Origin: Marsupella aquatica
Lineage: Eukaryota > Plantae > Marchantiophyta
Assembly: GCA_973895155.1 (NCBI GenBank)
Contig: OZ316895.1
Location: 7,428,184 to 7,492,183 of the forward strand
Length of the DNA: 64,000 nucleotides
Direction of reading: 5' to 3'
The notes under the pieces are model-generated. The model searched no databases and was not told where the DNA came from. It worked only from the letters and a program-made list of their open reading frames with translations. The stretch's first letter is position 1. Every line of letters begins with the position of its first letter. The position numbers and the translations under genes were made by a program. This document shows positions 26,037-37,270 of this stretch, in pieces.

Positions 26037-26768
26037 GCTTTGGTTTTTCATTTAAACCACACCTGCCCGTATAAAGTCTCATTTCCCTCCCTCACTACTC
26101 CTCACTTCTGTCCTATGGTGAACTCTGTCTCACCATAAAAGGAGGAGCACTCACCCATTTTAGTTTGTCCAGCTCAAGCCCATTCCTAAACATGTGCACT
26201 TTATAATGACCGCTAGCTCTTCATAGGGGCAGTTGTGGTTTAACAAGCCGGCACTAGAAGACACTCAATTTCAGGGATAGAGCCCAAGTCTGTTTGGCTT
26301 TTAGGGCCTCTAGCCAAATTCCCTACTGACCCGGCCATGCACTTTACCCCAACCTCTACCAGGATTTGTAGTTTGTCAATAAGTAGGCTTTTAGGTTTGT
26401 TGTTTTTGACAACCCCCCCCCCCCTTATACAGTTTACCCCAACTCTCTACCAGGAATTTTAGTTAGTGGATAGGTAAGCTTTTAGGTTTATTGTTTCTGG
26501 TTGTTGTTGTGGGAGACTTGGGCTCTATCCCTGAAATTGAGTTTCTTCTAGTGCCGGCTTGTTAAACCACAACTGCCCCTATGAAGAGCTAGCAGTCATT
26601 ATAAAGTGCACATGTTTAGGAATGGGCTTGAGCTGCACAAACTAAGATGGGTGAGTGCTCCTCCTTTTATGGTGAGACAGAGTTCACCATAGGACAGAAG
26701 TGAGGAGTAGTGAGGGAGGGAAATGAGACTTTATACCGGCAGGTGTGGTTTAAATGAAATACCAAAGC
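26037..26768. repeat. Near-perfect long inverted repeat: 255-bp arms (26037-26291, 26514-26768) and a 222-bp spacer containing a ~65-bp direct duplication
   Basis: Arms are reverse complements with about 6 mismatches by eye. The spacer repeats TTTACCCCAAC..CTACCAGGA..GCTTTTAGGTTT. No TSD seen. Confidence 0.95.
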
Positions 26769-29199
26769 TCCCCAAAAATTAGTGAATGTCTGAGCCCTTT
26801 TTAGCATAACAGACACCTGCAGTGTAAAGAAGGTTAATATGACAATAATCAGGGGATAAGACCTCCCCTCGACACAGAGGACCATGCAAATCCAGAGGGA
26901 ATGATCAAAGATCAGGCATAGAGCCCCAAATGGGGTATAGATTCCCAGATCAATTTCAAGGCACAGAGGTGCCCAGGATTTGAGGACACCAGCAACATCT
27001 TGGTTATTGCACCGAGCCACCCGGAATGGTAATGGGTAGAGATGGGGGGGAGGTAGAATTTGGAGTCAATTTGAGCAAGTGATGTGAAGATTGTGAGTCA
27101 AAGAGTGAATGCATCCAAGGGGGAGCATGGATGTGAATGACACCTATGGGGGCAGTGTGAGAGATGTTCCGAACCTAAGATACAGAGCTGATACTTGAGT
27201 CCAGAGGTGTGGTTTAACGAGGTCCCCGGTTACTTTTGAGTGAGTGGTAATGTCATTGAGGCCTCTGCGACATCTTATGAGCTAGATGATTCAGATCGTC
27301 TTAACTAGAAATAGTTGTTTGGGGGATTTGAAGTTGAGGTAGAAGCCAGGCAGATGAAAGCACATGTGCTGGATGTGAGGGCAATCTACGAAACGATGGA
27401 GTCCTACTCCATGAAGGCTTTTCTACATCATCAATTCATTTGGACTTTGTCCTCTTCCTTCTGGAATAACAAATCCCACAAAACAATGGAGTCCTATTCA
27501 ATGAGGTGTGGGAGAGAGGTTGATTTCGCAAACTTTTTTCATCCATGGTATAGTTGCTCTTGTATGCATGGTTTAGATGCGATGATATTTGAAGAGAAGT
27601 TTTTATATCTGTAGTGGTGCTTTTCTATCCATGATGAGATCTCAGATGTGATTGTGAAGATATTTGAAGAGTAATGTTGAAGAAGTGCTGCAGAAAATAT
27701 ATATTGGGTGGAAGTCACTGGCTGTCCCCAAAGAAATTGAAGTTTATTTGCAGGTACCATAATTGCTCTGGAACTCAAAGATTGATCTGCTCTTTAGTTT
27801 TCGCCGAGCCTCTCACCTCTGGGCTTCTAACATTCGGTGTCCGCAAGCAGATGTGTTCAGATTGGTGTTGCTCTTTCAACTCACTCTTTGCTGTTGCTTT
27901 CGTCTGACATTACAGATGTTCTTGATAAAGTGGAGCAAAGAGTCCGAGAGCAGAGCAGGAAACTGACAAGAGAAAACGAAAGTCCAAACCATGTTGAGAC
28001 GAGCGGTGGCGAAGAAAACTAGCTAGAATTCCGTCTCCTGGGGCTGGTTGATTTTGCTTTTTGGGAGGGCTCATGTCATAGTTGCTTTCTAGTGGAGGCT
28101 CTAGTTAGCGTCAAGGAACAAGAACCTGAAGAGCCTCTTTGATCTACCCAAAATATCCAGAGCCACGGGGATTTCACATTTTCACGTGCATATTGGTGAA
28201 TAATTGGATCACGTGAAATCCAATCTTCGGGACTTCGGTTGCGTCGAAGATGAAGAATTAGCACCACTCGTTATTAAAGATGGAGAGCACCAATTGGACA
28301 TGAGAGATACAGTCGAGGATATCATATCTGTATTACCCAGGATCACTTTCCAGACTAAGATTTGAAGAAGTTATTCCTCAACTCCAAAACTTTTGTGTAG
28401 CTCCGTATGCATGTGAGAAACAAAATAGATCAGAACCATTAACAGAAGCTCAAGATGTCCTCGGCATGCGAAGGATTTCATTCGATATACGATTTGATTC
28501 GATGAGGCTTGTGAAATCCGAAGTTGAATCATTTATGCACATTTGAATGTTGGAAAAAGAATAGTGAGAAGATGAATAACAGAATCACCAAGGCCACAGA
28601 AAGCTTCATTGGCTAATGCAAGTTAAAAGGGACGTATTGCTCCGGTTCACAAAAAAAGACAAGGAGTCTCTTTCTACATCTACAATCACCATCCACTTTG
28701 CCGAGTTGAGCAAAGGCAAGCCTGTGACACAATTATTAAGACATTCTATTTCTCAGGTTGTTTGACTAGTGTAGTGGTGGGATATCTTGCTAGTGATGTG
28801 AACCACATGCTAATCTAGTACAAATTTCTTTTCTGGATATGTATGTTCATACGATCTGCGAGAAAAGTAGACGAATAATCACACTTGTCATCTTCAGGGA
28901 GGTCGCAACTGCTGCTGGATGAAGAACTCAATGACTTGCTTTGGTGTTCTTCCAGATTTTACCTACGTGATGAAGTTCAGAATTCAGAAAACAAACAGCT
29001 CGAGGTCGCACTTCCGGCAGTAGATGCGAAGACTTCGAATTTGATGTACCGTAACCTAATCCAAAACCGGGCAGGCAGAGGCTCAAGCCTTAGAATTCTA
29101 GGAGTTTGTAGACGAGATTTCCTGGAAAACGCCATCAAATCATATTTGCAATATGGTAAATGGTGAATTTCCCACTGCTCGTACTAAGAACATATTGAC

Positions 29200-31653
29200 T
29201 TATAGCGTGAAGTTGTGACGCATTAACTCCTCCAGGGTCCTACTCATGCTCGACGTGCGCATTGCTCTCGGGCCCATGTTCTCATCACACCGGCTAACTT
29301 TCTCGGACTCTGCATGAGGAGAGGAACTCTTCACTGGAGACAAATAGTGGCCCGTAGTGGGTGACGCATATTCCACCTCGTCATCGTCGCTGTCATTCAC
29401 AGTGCAATCTATGCTACGGTCTACGTTTACAATGCAATCTAGGCTGCAAGCAACACTGCAGTCTATACTGCACGCAATATTGTAAACCTCGTCAATCGGA
29501 GAAGCAGTCTGGCAGAGGGTATCTCCACTACAAGGTGAGCTCTCAATAGGTGATGAGGTTTGCCACATGAAATTGTCCACAGGCATTGGTTCCATGTCAA
29601 TGGCGGAACCACTATTGTAAATGTTCCTGGCAAACTGGAATGATGATGAAGTTTCCTGGGAGCTGTTGGAGGACAAACCGCTCGAGGATTCTCCTGGATT
29701 GGCAAATTGCATACTCTGGGTGATGGAAGTGAATGACGTAACCAATTGCATACTCTGGGTGAGGGAAGTGCATGACGTATCCAGCTTATCAGAAGAAGTG
29801 CTTTGATCTGTCATGATGCGTCGCCTCACAGAACCTGCCAGGAGGGCATCGATGGCCTTCGATCCCCCGTCAGGAAGCTGAGAGTTTCTGTGAAATTCGG
29901 GAGTAATGGGACTGAAACCATACCATGGTGAATCTGGGGCATACCAAGTCTTAGAATGCCCACTAAATCGGGTGCCATCTTCCGAGTGTGGAGCCCACGA
30001 GGAAGCGAAAGAAAGTGAGCTCCTCAGCAGCTGGTCATTCTTCCGAGCCAAGTCCTGGACAGCACCTGTGTCCTCCATCATCTCCACAGACTCGGATGGA
30101 ATGCCCTGCCGCCAATCAATACTAATGTGTTCATCTTCATATTCCAAGTCGCTATAACCAAATCCTAACTGTTCTGTACTTCGAAGAGATTCCTCCCTAA
30201 AGGAGTGGCGGGGCCCCCTTACATGAGAAAACGATACCGCTCTGCTGAGCTGCGACTGTTTCGTCTCCAACTGTTGAAGAAAGGCTCGGGATCGCTTCGT
30301 GAACTGGGAATATATGTCATTCGGGCTCGAGAGCCGTAGTTGTTCGAGACCTTCATCGCAGACGTCCTCCTGACTTGTTCTATCTTCCCCAAAGGACTCA
30401 CTGACCTGGTTGTCCCGAACCGTGAATTCGGATAGGGAAGTAGATAAAGGCTCATGAAAGGAACCATTGTTCATCATCCATTCAACAGAAGCCACGGACG
30501 GTGGTGGCATTTGAACTGAAGATTCAACGATGCCACTGCTATCACTGTCCATGCTCAGCCCTTCTTGACCTATCATCAAAGTTCCTCTGGGCTTGCACTT
30601 GCGCCGATCTCTGACGAATCCTACTCCGTCTGGTGCCACCATGTGCCCTGCACCAAAATACCCCCTGATACCTTCCCCGGACGCCTCACGGGACCCTCTC
30701 TTGGGAATTTCTGGTGAATTGGTGGGTTGTGCAGCCGGTGGCATTTCGGAGTCGACATCTCGCTTTGCAGCTGGGGCGCGTTTGCGTTGAGCAGCAGAAC
30801 CGACCCAGATCCCATGATTTTCGATGCTCTTTCTCACGAAGTCTTTCTTGGAGGTCTTCTTGGAGACCTGAGGTGACAAGAAGAGGTGCTTGACTGGTGG
30901 TCTTGTGTGAGTTGGGCTTGCTTTCCTTCCTCGTACAGTAGCAGAGCCAGCCCACCCGGAGAAGCCCTGTTGTTGCTGCGCCCTGTTGTCCCTAGACCCA
31001 CTCTTCGGAATGTCTTGAGCCGCAACAGATGCTCCTTCGCGGGGCCTCTCTTTCACCTTTCTCGTAGGAGTTTCGCCGTTCGTCGGATTCCTCTCCCTGA
31101 CTCTGCTGCCTGGAGTACTTCCTTTTGCAGTGCCACCTTTTGGGGTGGTAGCTTTCGGAGCAATACCCTTCGGAGTGCCGGCCGTTGTGAGGGGCTTCCT
31201 GAATCTGTTGGTCGGCGTGAGAAGAGCTGCGAGCGGCTTCTTAATAGGTCTGGTGCGTGGAGGAGTCTCTTCTGTCACAAGAGATTTGGTTGTCTTCTGC
31301 CTGCTTGTGGCAGGACTTGGAACGCCGACCGCAGGTACCTGAGAGGGGGCTCTCACCCCAATTCTACTCTTGAAACCGCTGGGAGAACTTTTCTGCTCTG
31401 GAGCCTTCTTCACTGCTGGTATCAAGGGCGTGCCACCTTTGCCTGGTCCACCTAAACTCTGACCGCGATTCCCAGATTTCAGTTCTATGTGTATCATGGC
31501 CTTTCCAAATTTGCCTGGTCCATCTAAACTAGGACGTCTATTCCCCGATTTTAGTTCCCCGAGAGGCTTGCCCTTCGCTGTCCTCAACAGAGTGCTGTGA
31601 GGGCGGCCTGGGCTGCACCATACTGGCTTGTTTTCCTTCACGGCGGAAGACAT
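29200..31653 (-). CDS. Uncharacterised intronless 817-aa intrinsically disordered protein; basic K/R/P/T-rich N-terminal half, acidic S-rich C-terminal half
   Basis: 2.45-kb ATG-initiated ORF. Contains PPAAQPTNSPEI..YFGAGHMV..DRRKCKPRGTLMIG, PPPSVASVEWM and SIDWRQG. From memory these resemble motifs (TPPVQASxSPEI, GAGHxxSGVxDKRKCRPRGILTxG, ISWREG) of a land-plant family of unknown function. Family assignment not checked by search. Confidence 0.85.
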   Translation of the reverse strand: MSSAVKENKPVWCSPGRPHSTLLRTAKGKPLGELKSGNRRPSLDGPGKFGKAMIHIELKSGNRGQSLGGPGKGGTPLIPAVKKAPEQKSSPSGFKSRIGVRAPSQVPAVGVPSPATSRQKTTKSLVTEETPPRTRPIKKPLAALLTPTNRFRKPLTTAGTPKGIAPKATTPKGGTAKGSTPGSRVRERNPTNGETPTRKVKERPREGASVAAQDIPKSGSRDNRAQQQQGFSGWAGSATVRGRKASPTHTRPPVKHLFLSPQVSKKTSKKDFVRKSIENHGIWVGSAAQRKRAPAAKRDVDSEMPPAAQPTNSPEIPKRGSREASGEGIRGYFGAGHMVAPDGVGFVRDRRKCKPRGTLMIGQEGLSMDSDSSGIVESSVQMPPPSVASVEWMMNNGSFHEPLSTSLSEFTVRDNQVSESFGEDRTSQEDVCDEGLEQLRLSSPNDIYSQFTKRSRAFLQQLETKQSQLSRAVSFSHVRGPRHSFREESLRSTEQLGFGYSDLEYEDEHISIDWRQGIPSESVEMMEDTGAVQDLARKNDQLLRSSLSFASSWAPHSEDGTRFSGHSKTWYAPDSPWYGFSPITPEFHRNSQLPDGGSKAIDALLAGSVRRRIMTDQSTSSDKLDTSCTSLTQSMQLVTSFTSITQSMQFANPGESSSGLSSNSSQETSSSFQFARNIYNSGSAIDMEPMPVDNFMWQTSSPIESSPCSGDTLCQTASPIDEVYNIACSIDCSVACSLDCIVNVDRSIDCTVNDSDDDEVEYASPTTGHYLSPVKSSSPHAESEKVSRCDENMGPRAMRTSSMSRTLEELMRHNFTL

Positions 31654-32748
31654 GATGGGGGCGGTTCCCGGCCACAGTGAGGGCTCTACCTAACGAAAAG
31701 TGTTTTACGTCCGCAGGGAGAAATCGCACTGTTGTCAGTTGCTTGCTAGACCATGATAACCGGGAGAGTCCCGATTGCCGCAGCGACATTCAAGTGAACT
31801 GCAGGAGCCATCACTGAAATATTAGTACGTTGATTTCAAAGATCACTGAATTCAAAGATCACTCAATGCTGTGCACAAACAGAGTGATAGTCAAGCTAGC
31901 ATTTCTGTGCTGAGTTTCGTCCAAATGCTTAAACCTAACGTACCTAGTAGGGACCGGAACCGAGAAAGTGTGAGTGTGAGTAGATCGATCGAGCTAAGAT
32001 TTCTTTACGGGAGCTTGCGAAAGTGCTCCGACCGGTTGCGAGCGACCTGAACGAGACAAAGTGGTAATTAACAGAGGTCAGAAGACTGCGCGGAGCTTTG
32101 ACAAAATGCTTCAACCCACTATTTGTAGCTGCAAAAATGAATAGACGAATCAATGAATCAATGAATCAAACGAGCGCTCCGAAAGACTGAGTGAGATCAG
32201 GAGAGAGCTCACATCGAGAGCTGACGCCTGCACCGACACTACAACGAGAGAACGAGCTGGCTTAAACCCCGAGGACTTCACCTCACCCGCCCTCATTTTG
32301 AATGTCATTCGTTCGAGCTTGAGAAACTCGATCTTTGCGCAATTATACAAGTCTGGTCCCACAAGAAATCGGGCTAAGATCAAGGCAAGTTTCTGGTATC
32401 AGTGGAAAGCTCGATCTTACTTCGATCTGCTCACACTGCTCACCCAGAAACTCAAATTTCACACTGGTCACATGGAACTAAAATATTCAGTGAGGAAAAA
32501 GGGCCGTTGAGCAGGGGGAAATGTCATCAGAGTTATCCAAACATGGATATATATTATCTAAGTAAAACGTTTTAATATAATTTTTCTGATAGTACAGGAT
32601 GCTTTAGGAAACGCGCTAGGTGTCATATTATTACAGCTTTCTGATTCTCGATAATGGTACTAAGAAGTTTGTAGTTGGAGACATTAGAGCTGTACATCAT
32701 ATGACCAGATGGGGTGGGGATCCTCTTATTTTTAGGCATAGCTCCAAG

Positions 32749-33375
32749 CCCGGTTTGACCTTGCCTGTCAAACTGGCCCAAAAACTCCGGCAAAACGACA
32801 ACCCGGCACCCGGGTTCGGGAGCAGTCCGGGCCGGGACAAGTTCGGGAGAGGTCCGGGCTGGGGTCGGGGGGGCGGGGGCGGTTCGGGAAGCCGGTCCAG
32901 AGGGGGGGGCTGGTCCATGGGCGGTTCGGGGGGAGCCGGTCCGAGTGTGGGGGGAGCCGGGTTTGGGAAAGGTCCGAGAAGTGTCTGGGGGAGTCCGGGA
33001 ATTGTTCGGGGGGGTCCGGGAATTGTTCGGGGGGTCCCGGGGGGAGGTTGGGAAGGGTCCGGCCCGAGTTCGGGAGAGGTCCGGGTTGGGGGGGAGGGGG
33101 AGCTGTCTGGGGGGGTTTGGGGGAGCCGGTCTGGGTGGGGGAGCCGGTCTGGGTGGGGGGGAGCCGGGTTTGGGGGAGCCAGTTCGGGAGAGGTCCAGGA
33201 AGTGTGCGAGGGAGTCTGGGAATTGTCCGGGGGGTTCCGGGGGGAGTTCGGGAAGGGTCCGGGGCAGTTTGGGAGAATCTCGGCGAATATTCGTTAAACT
33301 TCCGGTTTTGGGGCCGTCATTCGACGGTTATACGTGCCCGGCAAGGCGTCAAGTTACCCGTCAGGTTGAACTGGG
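32749..33375. mobile_element. G-rich non-autonomous TIR element, 627 bp, 8-bp TSD (hAT-like TSD length)
   Basis: Perfect TSD GCTCCAAG (32741-32748 / 33376-33383). Imperfect TIR CCCGGTTTGACCT versus CCCAGTTCAACCT (10/13). Interior built of GGTCCGG, GTTCGGG and GAGCCGG motifs with G-runs. Confidence 0.8.
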
Positions 33376-34854
33376 GCTCCAAGGTGAGCTTTGCCCCTCA
33401 GATGAACTAGTCAGGATTGAAATAGGGGCTGAAACTACCAGAAGGGCTTTGGGATGTATTTTGCTCTAAGTCAAGAACAGTCTTATTGTAGTATATAGAG
33501 AACACCAGAATGAGATATTTTTGACAATATATGAAGCTCTTATTATAGTGAATCCACCTTTCAAATTTTGTCTTATTCATATCTTGTGTCCGGTATTTTG
33601 ATTTTAATGTGACTTAACAAGGTAAATCATTTATATTAAGTTTATTTTGAATTAACTTGTGGACCCCTTTAAATTTTAGAGAACTTAGTGTATTTTGAGT
33701 GTATTTGGCTCCCTTCATATATGTTTAATCTTTCATTTTAGATCACTCCTTAGTGAATTCTCTTTTTTCTCATGAGAATGAGAGAAATGAATTTGAAAAA
33801 TGTGCACATCTACTGTAGTGTACTAAGTTCCCCTTGTGATTTTCGTCACAGAATGTATGGTTTAATTGAATTGACTGTCATTACCTACAGTGGAAGCAAG
33901 TGAAAATCTACTAATGTGCACAACTCTTTAATATCTTTGTACTTTCTTGGTCGTAATGTGCTTTTCTTTGCATGTGTACTTATGGTTTTGTGTGTTATGT
34001 CACTCACTCTTAATTCACAAATGTTAATTTCTTGGTATATATTTACATGTAACTATTTCTTTTATCATAAAATAAATTAAATGAATTACATATCATTACA
34101 AGACAAAAAAAGACATGTTCTATGAGGAACATGCTATATAGAGAACACCAGAATGAGAGGTTTTTTATAACACTGCCCCATGAGATTATTGGTTACTTAG
34201 TTGTTGGGCTTAACAGCATTGATCACCCTTCATTTTGGGGGCCTTAGAACATTGATTATTTACGGCTTGTCCTAAAGATAGATATCAAACCAACAATATG
34301 TGAAATGAAATTCAATAAATGCAAATTTATTAATGAAGAAGCCAAAGTTGGGAAATGTTTGGACCAATCCTGGAAATGGTCTAAAATTCTAGCAAAGTAA
34401 GCTCTCCACAAGAGCATTTTCATGATTGGGTCCATTGTTTGCCCTGTAGGATTGGTAGCCACCGTCCCAGAAAAGGCCACTCAGTGCTTGTAAGCGAGCT
34501 TGTAAGGCCAACAAAAACATTTTTGCTCGTTATGTGGTAATCTCACAGAGTACTCAAGCTCAACTTTAAATGTCAAATTTTCTGTTCCTAGAGACACTAC
34601 TGCCTATGGCTTATTGACTAAACTGAAAGTTCAATTTACTGGTGGTGGGCCGAAAATGGCTCCAAAAGTTTTTTACCACAAGATTCTATACAGATTCTGA
34701 AGAATATGGGTATTCTTGGTAGAAATATGGGAAAGATACCACATATGAGAATATGCTCCGTGGAATTTAATTCTTGAATTCCTTTTGTTTTTGTTCCTTT
34801 CTCTTGGGAGAAGGGGCGGACAGTGGTTGACTGTGTCTTCTAATGGGATGGTAT

Positions 34855-35145
34855 TGTAATAAACCGTCAGCTCATGGACTACACAACAATGCAGAACATG
34901 AGAACACTCAATCTCACACTACACCAACCAGACACCACAATGGAGAAACTCCTCAAGTATCTATAGCTCATGAGAAGTACATGTGAAGAATAAGGGAGAG
35001 AGTGCTTTCCCTCCAACTATGCCCCCCAAGGGGGCCCAGATATGTGGGTCTAAACTAAAAGGATCTTATCCTAATGCAATCCAGGGTTAGCTAACCCTAG
35101 TAAGGCCAAACTAACTAAGCCGTGAACTCAAGTCAATTCCTAACA
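34855..35145. mobile_element. Solo LTR, family B (older), ~291 bp
   Basis: TGTAAT...CCTAACA termini, flanks GGTAT / TGTAT (4/5 TSD match). Clearly homologous to 54800-55090 (shared 3' end GAACTCAAGTCAATTCCTAACA). Confidence 0.7.
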
Positions 35146-35244
35146 TGTATTGGTATAAATTTTAAGTATTAAATATGGGTGGAAAGGGATTTTTGTTTTG
35201 GGGCATTGTATGTTTACTAGTCCAATGCCAGTACATTGCACATA

Positions 35245-35605
35245 AGATGTTGAGGTCATACAAACATTGTCGAGGTAAGTAAAAGATGTTGAGGAAAGAA
35301 AAAATGTCAAGGTGAGAAAACAACATTGAGGTGAGGAATAGATGTCAAGTACAGAAAGAGATGTTAAGGAGAGAAAATATGTACGTCTAGGTGAGAAAAT
35401 ATGTAGAGGAGAGAAAGAATGTCAAGGAGAGAAAAGATGTCAAGATGAGAAAAAGATGTTGTGATGACATAAAGATGTGGAGGTGAGAAGAAGATGTCAA
35501 GATAAGAAAAAGATATGATGTCATGGTGAGAAAAAGAAGTTGGGGCAAGGAAAAGATGTCAAGATGAGAAAAACATATAAAGGTGAGGCAAAGATGTTGA
35601 GGCAA
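35245..35605 (-). repeat. Same ~18-19-bp minisatellite in reverse orientation (AAAGATGTCAAGGTGAGAA)
   Basis: Repeated AAAGATGT/GAGAAA units. Its boundary (reverse complement CCTCAACATCTTATGTGCAATG) matches ~5059-5080 CCTCAACATCTTTTGTACAATG. Confidence 0.75.
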
Positions 35606-36779
35606 GCATGTCCCAAGGTGACATTATTTAAGTAATGCTATCTGGGAGTGAGCAACGTGGCTGGGGCGCCAAGTGTAGTAGCCCTGAGAAATATGGTTCG
35701 AGAGAAAATATACTTTTCCTCTCCCTTTTTTGTCCTGTGCCCTCCCTTTCTCTCCTTCCAGTCTCCCTACTTGGCTCTTTGGCTCCCTCCCTCCCCCTTC
35801 CAACATGATTAAAAAAGCAAAGAAAAAACAGGGTGCAAGAAATAAATGATTCAAAGAAAAATGAAAATTCCGCTTCTCCCTAGTAAAGAAACCAAATAAA
35901 GACTCTTATACAACTATAACTCACATATCACTTTAGAAAGTATTTAGCCAGCACACGTATTTTGTAAGTACCTACTTGACAAGCAAGTATATCCATGGGG
36001 CCAGGATTTTCTTCAAAAATCATTGAAATATATCTGATGCTACTGGTTTGTTTCCACATTTTTTACTTTTGTAGATTGCATTAAGCTTTTAGGCAGGATA
36101 GTTTTTTTTATAATGTTTCATTTGAATATGATATACATACAAACCCATTGCCCGTGCATTGCACAATTGTCATTACAACCATTCATTGTTGCGACTATTT
36201 CATTGTTCCAATCAATTATCATTGTAGCCATTTTATGCCCAGTGCCATTGTGTCCTTGGTCAAATAATGTTATTGCAGAAATGAATTTAGGATTTAGTGT
36301 TAATGTAACTTGGGAAAAATACTTCATAGAGAGAATATAATTATTTTCTAAAAGATGTTCTCATCTTTGTATATTTTTCTCACTTTCCTATAAATAATCT
36401 TTCCAACTCAAAATGATTTTTTGTATTGTTCTCTTTACGGACCCCCATGAGAGAGAGGTCTCTTGCAAATTCTCTGCCACGAGGTTGCGCCATGTCACCA
36501 CAACCAACCACAAAACAGGAATGATCCTACTTTTAACAATAACAAACATGCACATTTCCTATTTGTGGCAAAGGCAATGTAATTTATGGGGCACCATGCA
36601 GTAAATATTAAATGTAAAAAAAACCCAAAAAACAAAGAAAGAGATATCATTTAGTAAAATCAAGTTACCATTCTAATGTTTGTCAAAGATATATAAATGT
36701 TGTATATCAAAATGCTTGTATTTTTTTAATTGTTTGCAAGTTTGAAAAAACCAATCGATAGAAATATACATAGTTAAAA

Positions 36780-37270
36780 CCCCTTTGGCTTCACATTGTA
36801 ACTCTAAATAATCAATCTCCGTAGTACTTGATAAAATATGTCAATTGATTGGAAAACTCAAGATCAAGATTTAGAAACTCGTGACCTCTTTAATACTATC
36901 TTGATAAAATATCTCACTGTCACACTCATTGGAAAGCTAAAGCAAAATTAAAAACTCATCATCTCCTTAGTACTTGACAAAATCTATCCATGTTAGGTTC
37001 ATTGGAAAGCTAGAGAAATTCAGATACTCATGATCTCTCTAATTCTTGACGAATAATCTCAATGTCACACATTAGAAAGCTAGAGAGATTGAAAACCTCA
37101 TGATCTCTTTAGTACCATGACAAAATCTGACATGAAATTTGTCAATGTCAGACTCAATGTTGGAAAGCTAAAAGAATTCATGACCTCATGATCAAAACTT
37201 CTTATACTCACAGTCATTGGAAAGGCAAAGAAATTCAAAAACTCATTTGCAACTTGACAAAATTTGTCAA
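36780..37270. repeat. Degenerate tandem array of ~6 units of ~60-90 bp (CATTGGAAAGCTA..AACTCATGATCTC..TACTTGACAAAAT)
   Basis: Core (C)ATTGGAAAG recurs near 36848, 36928, 37000, 37070, 37159 and 37215. Confidence 0.7.

Noticed and set aside
26800-27780. Possible LINE remnant (QFLWG-containing minus-strand frame)
   Set aside because: Resemblance is limited to a few residues; no RT or endonuclease motifs are readable.
32620-33469. Gly-rich ORFs of 225, 174 and 120 aa
   Set aside because: All three frames are open only because the G-rich TIR element lacks stop codons; the starts are non-ATG and the ORFs cross element boundaries.
36118-36327. Possible SWIM zinc finger of a Mutator-like transposase (CNDNCAMHGQWVCMYIIF)
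   Set aside because: The CxCx(n)CxH signature is incomplete; evidence too weak.
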